This document shows, one piece after another, positions 8,082 to 17,469 of a DNA stretch of 38,219 bases (its first letter is position 1; each line of letters begins with the position of its first letter). Below the pieces are notes generated by a model that saw only the letters and a list, made by a program, of their open reading frames with translations, was not told the origin of the DNA and ran no database searches. The stretch comes from an uncultured Opitutia bacterium (GTDB lineage Bacteria > Verrucomicrobiota > Verrucomicrobiia > Opitutales > JABJCN01): the NCBI GenBank assembly GCA_913048125.1, contig CAJWWL010000001.1, positions 1-38,219 on the forward strand. Reading direction: 5' to 3'. Position numbers and translations under genes: made by a program.

Positions 8082-9368
8082 TCAAGCACCTCTAGTGAAA
8101 AGGCGATCGAGTGTCCCGGTTGATTTGCTGTATTCTTGCTGTTGCACACCAAAGTGCTGAATAATTGAGAGTAAGCAGTTGGCGTGAGGAGGCTGATCAG
8201 GGTAGTCTAGGAGTTTACCTGTATTGAGCCCAGTTTGTTTGCCGCCAGCCATGACAAGCGGAAGGTTTGCCCCGAGGTGTTTACCACCGTGACTGAGTCC
8301 CGATCCAAAAAGGAGCACTGTGTGGTCGAAGACGCTGGTACCATCATGTTCTTTGAGGGATTTCATTTTCTCAATAGCTAAGCCGAATTGGTGTACGTAC
8401 CAAGTGTTGGCTATGTTGAATTCTTCGGTTAGCTTCTTGTTGCGTTCGAAGTGTGAGGACCAGTGAAAGTCAGCTTTGAGACCAAGGAAATCATGAATGC
8501 GACGGCTACTTTCTAACGCCATTATGCAGGAGGCAACTCGGGTTGCATCTGTCCAGAATGCTAGTGCGACTAGATCTACCATGGTCTTCATCTTGGAGGG
8601 AAAGTCATCGAGCTGGATCACTTCGCTCCCGACTTTTTCCAAATGAGGTCTGGATGCACCATCTTGTTCCTGTTTCTGAATGGCCACTTCTACTTCTCGA
8701 ATAGAATCTAAGTAGTTGGATAGAACGGTCTTGTCTGCAGTGCTTGCTTTCTTCATCAGGGAGGATGCAGGTTCCTTGACCGCATCAAGAATGCTGCTCA
8801 GTTCATTGCGGACGCTAGTGTCCCCGAGTCCACGAAACAGTCGATCGAAGGCAAACTGAGCATTACGTTCCACAAAAAGCCCGCGCCCCTCCTTGTCGTA
8901 AGATAGGCTATTCAATGTCGTGGATCTTACATCCACGGGTTCAGCAGAGAGTTGGAAGGATTTGAATTGAGTCTCGGTCCCCACATGGTCTGCGATGACT
9001 TGGTCGAAAGAGTAGCCAGGGTTACGAGTCTGGTGTCCAGTCATGAATAGTGGCATGGCACCGTAGTGGTCTCCCTTGGGCTGATTGCTTACATTAGAAA
9101 GGATGGCAATGTCCTTCTTGTATTTGGCCAAAGGTTCTAGGTTTTTTGAGAGCGTGAAGTCGTCTTCGTTTCCAGTAGCTTGCCAGTTGGCCGGATCGAT
9201 CCCATTTCCTTTGTGGAAGACGCCTAATCTGAGTGGGATGGTGTTTTTAGTTTTTGTCGTTCCATGGCAGATTGCCGGTCCCATAATTTCCAATGCGGGT
9301 AAACCCATACACACCCCAGTGCCCTTGAGAAAACTTCTTCTCGGTATCAGATAGTTGTTTTGCTTCAT
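8082..9368 (-). CDS. DUF1552-like protein with a twin-arginine signal (module A, small subunit)
   Basis: 428 aa with the Tat-type leader IPRRSFLKGTGVCMGLPALE. It shares S-x-DQ, TDATRV, H-W-S-S-H-F and NLPLVMAGG blocks with the ORFs at 11847 and 31114. Its ATG overlaps the upstream stop codon in the ATGA at 9365-9368. Confidence 0.8.
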   Translation of the reverse strand: MKQNNYLIPRRSFLKGTGVCMGLPALEIMGPAICHGTTKTKNTIPLRLGVFHKGNGIDPANWQATGNEDDFTLSKNLEPLAKYKKDIAILSNVSNQPKGDHYGAMPLFMTGHQTRNPGYSFDQVIADHVGTETQFKSFQLSAEPVDVRSTTLNSLSYDKEGRGLFVERNAQFAFDRLFRGLGDTSVRNELSSILDAVKEPASSLMKKASTADKTVLSNYLDSIREVEVAIQKQEQDGASRPHLEKVGSEVIQLDDFPSKMKTMVDLVALAFWTDATRVASCIMALESSRRIHDFLGLKADFHWSSHFERNKKLTEEFNIANTWYVHQFGLAIEKMKSLKEHDGTSVFDHTVLLFGSGLSHGGKHLGANLPLVMAGGKQTGLNTGKLLDYPDQPPHANCLLSIIQHFGVQQQEYSKSTGTLDRLFTRGA

Positions 9369-11707
9369 GGATGTTCCTTGTTTCGGAATGGGTAGCTCAG
9401 TACGACTTCTTCTAAAAGTTTGTTCATACTGTAATCATGTTTAGCGATGGATTCTTTAATTCTTCTTATGGCGGGACGGTCTGTGGGGAGAACTTTTCTT
9501 CCAACTGCGTAGGCTAGAACCTTCTTTACAGCATTATCGATTACCTTGTCACGATATTCGTTAACAAGCAACTCTTTCAAATCTGCTGGCCTTGTGAAGC
9601 CCTTTCCGTTGGGGAGTTTGTAAGCTGGTTCGATTTCTTTATGCTCACCGCCAAGCAAAGAAACTACACCATAAGAGTTATTGCCTCCATCGCCCTTAAC
9701 CTCTGCCGTCAACTTCCATCCCTCAGTTGGTGCTTCCGTTGGTAGGTTGAACTTCCAGATATTTTTATGGGTTGCGTGTCCAGTGTACCCAAAATGTTTA
9801 TCCTCCAGATCAATAAGACTAGATTCCAATCGAACGTTTCTAATGTCCAATCGGTGACTTCCCTTTGTATACTGAAACTGCACTTCGTTGATTTTACCTG
9901 GTTCTAACTCCAATTTTAAATCCCAAGACCGATCTTCATATTTTCTTGGAATGACCTTTGGGTCCCATCTAAAGAGTTCCTTTCCAGTAATTCTGACCTT
10001 TGGTGCGCTCCGTTGGATTCCTAGTTGATCATAGATTTCAAGACCAAAACCCACGGGGTCGATGTATTTATGGCAGGATGCACAACCCTTTTGTGAGGAA
10101 TGGAGTTTAAGGATTTCATTCGGACTTAAATTGAGTTTTTGTTCCTTCGCTTTTTTTTGAGATTCCTCAAGGTCTGGGACATTTTCTGGGATCTCAAAAT
10201 GAATCCCAAGAATCCGCTCCATAACCCAAGCACCTCGTCGGATTGGGCTGGTTCGGTTTTCGGTAGATGTCGCACTCAGAGTAGAGCCAAGTGTAAGAAA
10301 GCCTCCTCGATTAGGGTCATCCAGCATCTTCAAGCTTAAAGGCAGATGCTTGTATTCATAATTTCCTTCGTAAATTTTTCGATCCTCGTTCCTGTAATGG
10401 ATGTTAACAGCAGGTAGAGCGTTATCGACCTCCATTGAATCTTCCTTCAGTGGTATGCGATAGATGTTGGTCTGGTGCTTGTTGATGAACATCCAGTCAG
10501 CATCTATCAGACGAAATATCGGCTGGTCATAGCGAATGATACTATCAAAAAACAACAAGGCTTCCTCATACTGAGTCCGGTAATAACCAGCCATTCTATC
10601 ACTCCTTTTATTGACTGCGCTCTTGCGGCGAAGGTGCTTATAGTCGAACCATTCGCCACCAAGGTTTTCTGCAAGTGCAACTCGTTTGGGATCTGCCAAA
10701 AGTCGGTGAAATTGTTTTTTTAAAACTTCTGGGCGAACGAGTTCTCCGTTATCTGCTAAATTCTTTAATTCATCATCTGGAGGGCTTGACCAGAGAAAAT
10801 ACGAAAGTCTTATTGCCAATTCACCAGCGGGTAGGGGAGACAGGCCAGAACTTACCTCTTCGAGCCTGTATAGAAACATTGGGGATAAAAGCATCGCCAA
10901 GAAAGATGACTTTATCGATTCGTATTCTGTTCGTCCATTCTCCCGCATATTCTCGTAAACAGTTAGAAATCTTTTTAACTCGTCTCCTTTGATGCTTCGT
11001 CGGAATGCTGAAGTGCCAAACCCTCTCAAGATTTCCTTTGTTGCAGTTGCAGACAAATCGGTAGTGTTTTTCGTGCCAAAAAGTCTCTCTCGGGCCTCTT
11101 CATCTGAGTCTAGCAAGTTCAGTACGGCTGAAAAGCAACGGGCGTAGGTTTGAAGGTCTACCGACTCTTCGCTCAATGCTGTTGCATCATTGGAAAATCC
11201 AGAAGCGCCACGAATCCCAGCACTGAAGAACTTTTCAATGATTGTCTCCGGTATAACATGCAATCGGCTGTTGGTGACTGTCTGACGGATGTCTAAGTGC
11301 AAAATATCTTCGAGCGTGTTCTGTAGTTCTTCTCGAGTTAGTCGTCTAGGGTGGTTGATACCTGCTCGTTCGATTCCGTTCGGAAGCACGAACTCGTTTT
11401 CAAACCAAGTAGTAAAAGTGGCTACTTGCCCGTTAGAGAGAGATTTCTTGTCTTCGGGAGGCATTTTACGTTCCACGATTGCACGTTCCAATTTCTCCCA
11501 AATTTCTACGTTCGGACTTTCGTCAAAACGATCCAGTAGAGCTTCAATGTTTATGCCGCCTTTGGGTTTTTCTCCATAATGGCAGTCAATACAGTGACTT
11601 TCAAGTAGTTCACTGACCACTTCGAAGCTTACACTAGCCATCAAAGCACCTGGCCAGAGTCCTAAAGAGAAAAAGCCCGCAATTTGTTTATATCTTTTGC
11701 ACCCCAT
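9365..11707 (-). CDS. Secreted DUF1592/DUF1588/DUF1585-type protein with an N-terminal PSCyt-like CxxCH (module A, large subunit)
   Basis: 780 aa. Motifs in order are CIDCHYGEKPKGGINIE, MPPEDKK, RRLTREELQNTL, RLSYFLWSSPPDDEL, NRGGFLTLGSTLSATS...RTSPIRRGAWVMERILG, and a second CxxCH (CASCHKYIDPVGFGLEIYD). It carries a module-specific insertion of about 127 aa before the C-terminal domain. Confidence 0.8.
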   Translation of the reverse strand: MGCKRYKQIAGFFSLGLWPGALMASVSFEVVSELLESHCIDCHYGEKPKGGINIEALLDRFDESPNVEIWEKLERAIVERKMPPEDKKSLSNGQVATFTTWFENEFVLPNGIERAGINHPRRLTREELQNTLEDILHLDIRQTVTNSRLHVIPETIIEKFFSAGIRGASGFSNDATALSEESVDLQTYARCFSAVLNLLDSDEEARERLFGTKNTTDLSATATKEILRGFGTSAFRRSIKGDELKRFLTVYENMRENGRTEYESIKSSFLAMLLSPMFLYRLEEVSSGLSPLPAGELAIRLSYFLWSSPPDDELKNLADNGELVRPEVLKKQFHRLLADPKRVALAENLGGEWFDYKHLRRKSAVNKRSDRMAGYYRTQYEEALLFFDSIIRYDQPIFRLIDADWMFINKHQTNIYRIPLKEDSMEVDNALPAVNIHYRNEDRKIYEGNYEYKHLPLSLKMLDDPNRGGFLTLGSTLSATSTENRTSPIRRGAWVMERILGIHFEIPENVPDLEESQKKAKEQKLNLSPNEILKLHSSQKGCASCHKYIDPVGFGLEIYDQLGIQRSAPKVRITGKELFRWDPKVIPRKYEDRSWDLKLELEPGKINEVQFQYTKGSHRLDIRNVRLESSLIDLEDKHFGYTGHATHKNIWKFNLPTEAPTEGWKLTAEVKGDGGNNSYGVVSLLGGEHKEIEPAYKLPNGKGFTRPADLKELLVNEYRDKVIDNAVKKVLAYAVGRKVLPTDRPAIRRIKESIAKHDYSMNKLLEEVVLSYPFRNKEHP

Positions 11708-11846
11708 TGTATCTCATTTCAAGATAGGCCAAACTAAAAACAATTTTGGTAATTTAAAAGGTGGCAGTGATCCCAATGTAGCCAATTTCAGGGTCAATCC
11801 TGCTCTTCTTTGGCTGTCCTCCAAGTTATTCTAAGAGCCGTTTGAC

Positions 11847-13211
11847 TTAGGCTTTGATTGCATCGATTTGCTTGGTTGCAATGCCAATCGGGCGGTCCAA
11901 GGGTACACCTACGCAGTTAAGTAGTGTTGTAAGAAGGTCTGCCTGGTTACCTTTGGTGTCAGAGATGAACCGGCCAGTTTTAATGCTGCCTCCACCTTTC
12001 CCTGCGAGAATAAAGGGAAGGTTGTCACGGCGGTGCTTGTTTCCGTCTTCGAGGCCAGAACCCCACATCATGATGCAGTTATCTAGTAGAGTGCCATTAC
12101 CCTCCTTTAGAGAATGCATTTTCTTCACCATGTAGGCGTATTGGTCGACGTTGAATTTATTGATGGCTGCTACTTTGCGGATTTTTTCCTTATCGCTTCC
12201 ATAGTGAGTTTGCGAGTGATGCTCATTGGAGAAGCCCAGTTCTGGATAGGAGGCACCATTAGGCCGCGAACCGACATATGTGCTGACCCGCGTGGTATCA
12301 GTCTGGAAAGCTAGAACGGTCAGGTCACACATGACTTTCATGTATTCGCTGCGCTTGTCGCCTTCGGGAATCTTCACTTCGATAGGCGCCGAATCGGTGG
12401 CGAATCTTTTTGTAGGTGCGACACCATTCTTTTCCAAGGCTGCTTCTTGCTGGCGATTTTCGATAGCTGCAATATGGCGTTCTACTGAGCGCACGCTGTC
12501 GAGGTATTCATCGAGTTTTTGTTGATCAACTTTGGCGAGGGTTTTACGGAGGTCTCTGGCGCCACCTAGTACACGGTCAAGCATTTGCCGGTCTAGTGGG
12601 TTGGTTTGGCTTACGAGGCCATCCTTGCCGCGTTTTCCGAAAAGTCGGTTTAGAACGTTTCTGGGGTCAGTCTCGGCAGGTACGGGTTGTGTGGGAGATC
12701 GGTAACTGCAGTGATTATAATATCCCTCATGTAAACCTTCTTGATTTTCCTTCCAAGTCTGGGGCATGGTGGCCAGTTCCAGAGAGGGTAGCAATGTTTG
12801 CGCACCAACATAGTTGGCCATGATCTGGTCAGCCGAAATTGATATGTTAATGCGGCCACGTGAGTCAGCGTCCGGTAAACGACCAGTTAGCCAGGTCGAT
12901 AGCTCTAAAGCATGTGGGGCACCCTTAAATGGATGAATAGGTACTCCGGAAATGCCTTTCATCATTAGGCACTGGTCCATGACAGGTTGCAGTGACTGGA
13001 TTATGGATGGTGGTGAATTGAGGAATTGATCCTGATTTTTTGGCCAGAATTGATCCATGATTACCCCATGCGGCATATACATGAAAGCCATTCTTACTGG
13101 AGGCTTGGACAGATCTGACGCCGAAGCCAGAGAGTCCATGAATGGCAAGGCTAAGGAAAGCCCTGAACCTTTTAAGAAGGTGCGACGATCAATGGCTGTG
13201 TCTCTTTTCAT
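11847..13211 (-). CDS. DUF1552-like protein with a twin-arginine signal (module B, small subunit)
   Basis: 454 aa with the leader [20 protein letters not shown]. Shared blocks are [29 protein letters not shown] and [12 protein letters not shown]. It lies 22 bp downstream of its large partner. Confidence 0.8.
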   Translation of the reverse strand: MKRDTAIDRRTFLKGSGLSLALPFMDSLASASDLSKPPVRMAFMYMPHGVIMDQFWPKNQDQFLNSPPSIIQSLQPVMDQCLMMKGISGVPIHPFKGAPHALELSTWLTGRLPDADSRGRINISISADQIMANYVGAQTLLPSLELATMPQTWKENQEGLHEGYYNHCSYRSPTQPVPAETDPRNVLNRLFGKRGKDGLVSQTNPLDRQMLDRVLGGARDLRKTLAKVDQQKLDEYLDSVRSVERHIAAIENRQQEAALEKNGVAPTKRFATDSAPIEVKIPEGDKRSEYMKVMCDLTVLAFQTDTTRVSTYVGSRPNGASYPELGFSNEHHSQTHYGSDKEKIRKVAAINKFNVDQYAYMVKKMHSLKEGNGTLLDNCIMMWGSGLEDGNKHRRDNLPFILAGKGGGSIKTGRFISDTKGNQADLLTTLLNCVGVPLDRPIGIATKQIDAIKA

Positions 13212-13233
13212 TCAAATGTAATATCCATTGTGC

Positions 13234-15165
13234 TCATCCTTTTACTCTACGATGTGTAAAAAGATAACTAGTGACTACCTCACTGATGATTGTACGGAAA
13301 CTGTAACTATCCTTCGCGATTTTTTTCATTAATTGATCAATCACAATATAATCATAGCCCTCCAGCTGTCTGCCCAATGCGTAAGCCATCAGTCTCTCGG
13401 TGAGATTTCGAGCAAGATCAGCTTCTCGGTCAGCGAGAAGATTCTTCAGTTGAGCGGGTGTGGAGAAAGTTTTGCCATCGGGAAGCTTGCCTGCGGAATC
13501 AATCACTAGTCCCTGATTGTTTTTTTCTCTCCAGCGGCCAATTGCATCAAAATTCTCCAATCCAAAACCAATAGGGTCTAGGATTTTGTGGCAATTTCGA
13601 CAGGTAGCTTCTGATTGATGAAGCTCAGTTCTTTGCCGAAGGGTTAAGTTGGTAATCTCCTTGTGACCCTGGTCCTCGAGTTCAGGAATGTCTGGAGGAG
13701 GAGGGGGGACGCTCTCCCCAAGAATTCTTTCAAGTACCCAGACTCCTCTGACTACAGGGCTGGTTCTGTTTGGAAAGGAGGTGGTTGTCAATGTAGCCGG
13801 CATAGTCAAAATACCTCCTCGGTTCGGGTTCTTCATTTTTACCCTTCTCATCTTTATTCCCTTGATGGGTTGATCTAGTCCGTAAATACGGGCAAGAGGC
13901 TCGTTTAAAAATGTGTAATTGCTATTCACAAATCGAATCACGCTTTTATCCTCGGCAATTATGCTTTCAAAAAGCATCCGGGCTTCTTCGATCATTGCTG
14001 CGCGTAAGGTAGGCGTCATCTCTGGAAACAGTTTAGGGTCAATGACCTTGCTTTTCAGACTCTCTAATCGAAGCCACTGGGCTCCAAATCCGTCAAATAG
14101 TGCCTTCGAACGTGCGTCCTCTAGCATCCGGGTGACCTGTGACTTTAAAACTGCTTTTTTTTGAAGTTCTCCTTTGTCTGCCAAGGCAGCCAATTCGGCA
14201 TCGGGAGGTGCCGACCACAGAAGATACGAAAGGCGAGAAGCCAGCTGGTAGCTGTCTAGCAGTGTGATCGGTTCTTTAGATTCCGGCTTTTCGGCTGGTG
14301 TAATGAAGAGAAACTGCGGAGAGACGAGAATGGCTTTTAAGACATAGCCCAAAGAGGCTGTGTGCGATAGATTGTTGTTTCGGGCTAGATCATAGATGTC
14401 GATTAGGACTTCAAGTTCGGCATCGGTAGCTGGCCGCCTGTAGGCATCTCTTGCGAGCGACCTCGCAACACTGCGGACAACCTTCTTCGAATCTGTACCT
14501 GTTGGATGTGTTTCACCAAAGAGCCGCTTTTGTGTTGCTGTGGGCTGCTTTCCTTTAGGTGCAACAATTTGCTCCACTACCTTATTGGCAATACCAAGGA
14601 ATAACTCTGACTGTAATGAGGAAATTGAATTAAGAAACCCTTCTCCCTCAACTTCGTCTGGAAGGCTTGCAGCAATGTCTGTATCAACCTCATAAAGTGC
14701 GTGCAGAGTGTTGGCGTATTCCGTTTTTGTAAGCCGCCGAATGACAAACGGCCCAGGGTCTCGAGGAGCCAAATACTTGAGTTTGCCGATCCATTCGATG
14801 AATTGAAGGCGTTCCTCATCCGTTGGCTTCTTGGAGGAGTCTTCTGGCGGCATGTCGTGTACTTTGACATTTGCCATCGCCTTCTTCCAGTGCATCGAAG
14901 CCGATTCACCAGTAGGGTTGTTCAGTGCATTTTGCAGGTTGATTCCTGCCTTGGCTCGACTGCCGTGGCAACGCGTACAGTATTTTTTGACGAAAGGTCC
15001 GACCTTTTCTTTCAGAATCTTCTGGGCATCTGCTTTCAGCGCTGGGGCGTCCTTACTTTGGTCTGCAAGATTTGCAAGGCAGGGTTGAGGCATGAATCCC
15101 AAAACCAGCGCAAAGCTGTAGATCTGTATTTTTGGGAGCTCTTTCAAAAATCCGTATCCTTTCAT
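13234..15165 (-). CDS. Secreted DUF1592/DUF1588/DUF1585-type protein with an N-terminal PSCyt-like CxxCH (module B, large subunit)
   Basis: I place the start at the internal ATG (15165-15163), giving [31 protein letters not shown] as a signal peptide. The track start at 15264 would overlap the upstream gene, which ends at 15225. Motifs are [69 protein letters not shown]...[29 protein letters not shown] and [19 protein letters not shown]. Confidence 0.8.
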   Translation of the reverse strand: MKGYGFLKELPKIQIYSFALVLGFMPQPCLANLADQSKDAPALKADAQKILKEKVGPFVKKYCTRCHGSRAKAGINLQNALNNPTGESASMHWKKAMANVKVHDMPPEDSSKKPTDEERLQFIEWIGKLKYLAPRDPGPFVIRRLTKTEYANTLHALYEVDTDIAASLPDEVEGEGFLNSISSLQSELFLGIANKVVEQIVAPKGKQPTATQKRLFGETHPTGTDSKKVVRSVARSLARDAYRRPATDAELEVLIDIYDLARNNNLSHTASLGYVLKAILVSPQFLFITPAEKPESKEPITLLDSYQLASRLSYLLWSAPPDAELAALADKGELQKKAVLKSQVTRMLEDARSKALFDGFGAQWLRLESLKSKVIDPKLFPEMTPTLRAAMIEEARMLFESIIAEDKSVIRFVNSNYTFLNEPLARIYGLDQPIKGIKMRRVKMKNPNRGGILTMPATLTTTSFPNRTSPVVRGVWVLERILGESVPPPPPDIPELEDQGHKEITNLTLRQRTELHQSEATCRNCHKILDPIGFGLENFDAIGRWREKNNQGLVIDSAGKLPDGKTFSTPAQLKNLLADREADLARNLTERLMAYALGRQLEGYDYIVIDQLMKKIAKDSYSFRTIISEVVTSYLFTHRRVKG

Positions 15166-15224
15166 GATTCCAATCCTATGATAGAAATATCGAAAAGGGT
15201 ACAAATTTCCTAGATGTGATTTCC

Positions 15225-16217
15225 TCAGGGAAGCTTCTTGGTGTGTTGCGAGTATTTTTGCCAATGCTTGTTGATCGCATTAGAGTTAGCTTCTGCTGAC
15301 GTAATTAGATATCGATACTGGGAGATGTACTGAGTGCTGGGTTTGATGCTGAATTGCCCCTCAACCATAGGTGCGAAGCAGAAGTATGGTTTGTTGGGAT
15401 GAAGTCGGACGTGCTGAGGCGCTCTGAAGTTCTTGGGGTGACCAAACACTGTAACTGAGGCATGCTGACCGTCCAGTTTGCCACCCATAGAAACCCAGTT
15501 TGGCCGGGAGTGGTTACCTTCTATTCGCCCTTTTCCCTCGCTTGTGAGAAAACTGAAGTCGTTTGCGTTTTTGCCAGACTCTCCCTTGCTTTTTAACCAC
15601 TCAGAAGCTCCACGAAGAGCCATTCCCCCATAGTGATACTTCTCCAGTATCATTGGTTTATCCGTTGCACACGTTTGGATGCTTTTCAGATCAAAGAGAA
15701 AGTAATCTTCTGGAGTTTGGTGAATGGTTACTGTCCAAATTTCGTGAAGTGCATCAGTACGTTCATTTCCTTTGCCCACTACAAACGCATGTTTAACGCT
15801 GAAAGAAACACTTTCTTTTTTGCGTTTGAGGCTAAGAACTTCTCTATGTTCGATCGTTCCAAGCTGCTTAGCCTGATTCCAGAACTCTACTTTTTTACCG
15901 TCGAATTTAGCGCGCGTCCAAGCAAAGAAAAGTGCGTGCTGGTGCGGATGGTCGAGAGGGAAGTCCCCTGTAACTTCCTGTCCTTTTGGAGAATACACAG
16001 GATGGATGTATCCACTGCGCCGGAAGTGTTCGGGCATTCCCTCTGGAACCGGATTTTCCTTTTTGACATATTCCAATACTGGCTTGTCTCGAAGGGTGAC
16101 GCGGATCACCTCATCCGTTTCTAATAGTTGTAAATCTATTTTCGCAGAAGTCTCTGCAAAACAAAACATCCAGACTGTAGCCCATAAGGTATATATTATT
16201 CGACCATAACTGCGCAT
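15225..16217 (-). CDS. DUF6807 (PmoA-like, PF14100-type) secreted protein; function unknown
   Basis: The track start at 16253 is a TTG. The first ATG (16217-16215) gives [25 protein letters not shown], a signal peptide. Family-typical blocks are [58 protein letters not shown] and [26 protein letters not shown]. Confidence 0.65.
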   Translation of the reverse strand: MRSYGRIIYTLWATVWMFCFAETSAKIDLQLLETDEVIRVTLRDKPVLEYVKKENPVPEGMPEHFRRSGYIHPVYSPKGQEVTGDFPLDHPHQHALFFAWTRAKFDGKKVEFWNQAKQLGTIEHREVLSLKRKKESVSFSVKHAFVVGKGNERTDALHEIWTVTIHQTPEDYFLFDLKSIQTCATDKPMILEKYHYGGMALRGASEWLKSKGESGKNANDFSFLTSEGKGRIEGNHSRPNWVSMGGKLDGQHASVTVFGHPKNFRAPQHVRLHPNKPYFCFAPMVEGQFSIKPSTQYISQYRYLITSAEANSNAINKHWQKYSQHTKKLP

Positions 16218-16260
16218 ATTTCCAATGAGTAAGCTATCTGTGTTTGTCGGCAAGCGCTGT

Positions 16261-17439
16261 TTACAGCTTCTCTAGTGCATTGCCACGTTCCTTCAATGGT
16301 ATATCTACGGCAGCACCCATTTGGCGGTGTGACTCGAAGACTCCACAAATCATTTCTACCGTCATGCCTCCTTCCTCGAGATTGCAGAGTGGTTGGCGAT
16401 CTTCTTTAACGGCCTCAATCAGGTCTGTTGCGGGTGTGATATGATTTTGTACCGCATGTATGGCGGCAAGGTTTGGTTCTTCAGCACCAGGACCTCCTGT
16501 TGTGAAGGGAACCCATGGGCGAGACCCTGATGTTGGCCCAAAGGGATTGCCAGGTACCCAGTAGGCAAGGGGTTGGCGATCAGCATGTATTGTAATAATG
16601 CCCTTGCTGCCAACGAGGTGTAAGCCAAAGCCTAGGTTCTGCGTGCCATCATTGGCAATCGAATCAAAGTAGGCAATCATACCTTCCTCCATTTCATATC
16701 GGGCATGTATGGAATTACCAGCCAGTGGCCCAAGTCCTTCATTGCCATCCCTCACATGGGTAGCAGTAACCGGTTGTCCATTCTGAAACATTCTTGCGGA
16801 GCAGGTTCTTGGAGTTCCTCCAAAGTAATGAATCAGATTCAGCACATGCGAACCAAGTACCCATAAATCTTCTCCGCCACCTCGACGATCACCCTTACCT
16901 CGTGCTCTAATTTCTAACAGATTTCCAAGGTGGCCATCAGCTATGAATTTGTCGATCACCCTAAGCATTGGGTGCCAACGATTACGATGCGCGATGGCGA
17001 TTTTAGTACCATGTTTGTTACAAGCTCTGGCAAGAGAATCGACCTCGGCGGGTGTGCGCACAAAAGGCTTTTCGATATAGATTCCTCGAGCCCCTGACTC
17101 TATAGCTGCGAGTGCCATGTCATGGTGTTGATCTGCATGACGTGGACAAACGGCTACGATATCAAGTTTCTCTTTCTCAAGCATCTCGTGATAATCCGTA
17201 AAGCCGTTAGAGGTCTTTAATCTTTTGCAGGCCTTGGCCAAACCGCTCTCATCTGGATCGGCCACAGCTACAATCTCTGTCTCTTCAAGCTTCAACCATA
17301 CAGTATCTAGTTTATGCCCATAATTACCTCTGCCCGTGTGACCGATGACGCCAACACTTAGTTTTCTTGGTCGATCCAAGGCGAGTGCTGAAGTAGCGAC
17401 AGTGGCACTTCCAGCTGCGAGTAGAGCGCGCCGATTCAT
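16261..17439 (-). CDS. Gfo/Idh/MocA-family oxidoreductase with a Tat signal (periplasmic)
   Basis: 392 aa with the leader MNRRALLAAGSATVATSALA. It has a Rossmann N-terminus (VGVIGHTGRGNYGHKL), the EKP block (IYIEKPF) and the typical C-terminal alpha/beta domain. Confidence 0.85.
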   Translation of the reverse strand: MNRRALLAAGSATVATSALALDRPRKLSVGVIGHTGRGNYGHKLDTVWLKLEETEIVAVADPDESGLAKACKRLKTSNGFTDYHEMLEKEKLDIVAVCPRHADQHHDMALAAIESGARGIYIEKPFVRTPAEVDSLARACNKHGTKIAIAHRNRWHPMLRVIDKFIADGHLGNLLEIRARGKGDRRGGGEDLWVLGSHVLNLIHYFGGTPRTCSARMFQNGQPVTATHVRDGNEGLGPLAGNSIHARYEMEEGMIAYFDSIANDGTQNLGFGLHLVGSKGIITIHADRQPLAYWVPGNPFGPTSGSRPWVPFTTGGPGAEEPNLAAIHAVQNHITPATDLIEAVKEDRQPLCNLEEGGMTVEMICGVFESHRQMGAAVDIPLKERGNALEKL

Positions 17440-17469
17440 GCTTTGATTTAAATGAAGATTATAAGGTGC

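Noticed and set aside
14701-15213. Antisense or out-of-frame ORFs of 60-170 aa inside the large genes. Examples are 14701-15213, 15633-16124, 7236-7682, 7405-7806, 26209-26649, 29013-29441, 18716-19144, 1380-1757 and 10675-10992.
   Set aside because: They lie entirely within, and opposite to or out of frame with, ORFs that have strong family signatures. Their translations are low-complexity or Arg/Ser/Leu-rich, as expected for shadow ORFs, and none shows a recognisable motif.
13234-15264. Longer N-terminal extensions offered by the ORF track: 13234-15264, 22007-23707, 19257-20381, 28164-29615, 32437-35250, and the TTG start at 16253.
   Set aside because: In each case an internal ATG is followed directly by a clear signal peptide or lipobox. 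The longer form would either overlap the upstream gene (15225 stop; 23598 stop) or add a non-signal leader in front of a secreted enzyme. I used starts at 15165, 23593, 20267, 29561, 35202 and 16217. These are still predictions.
15225-16217. The PmoA (methane monooxygenase subunit) label that this family sometimes carries.
   Set aside because: The protein is a soluble secreted protein of about 330 aa with one N-terminal signal and no multi-pass membrane topology. There are no pmoB or pmoC neighbours. The name is a historical Pfam label for DUF6807 and is not evidence of methane oxidation.
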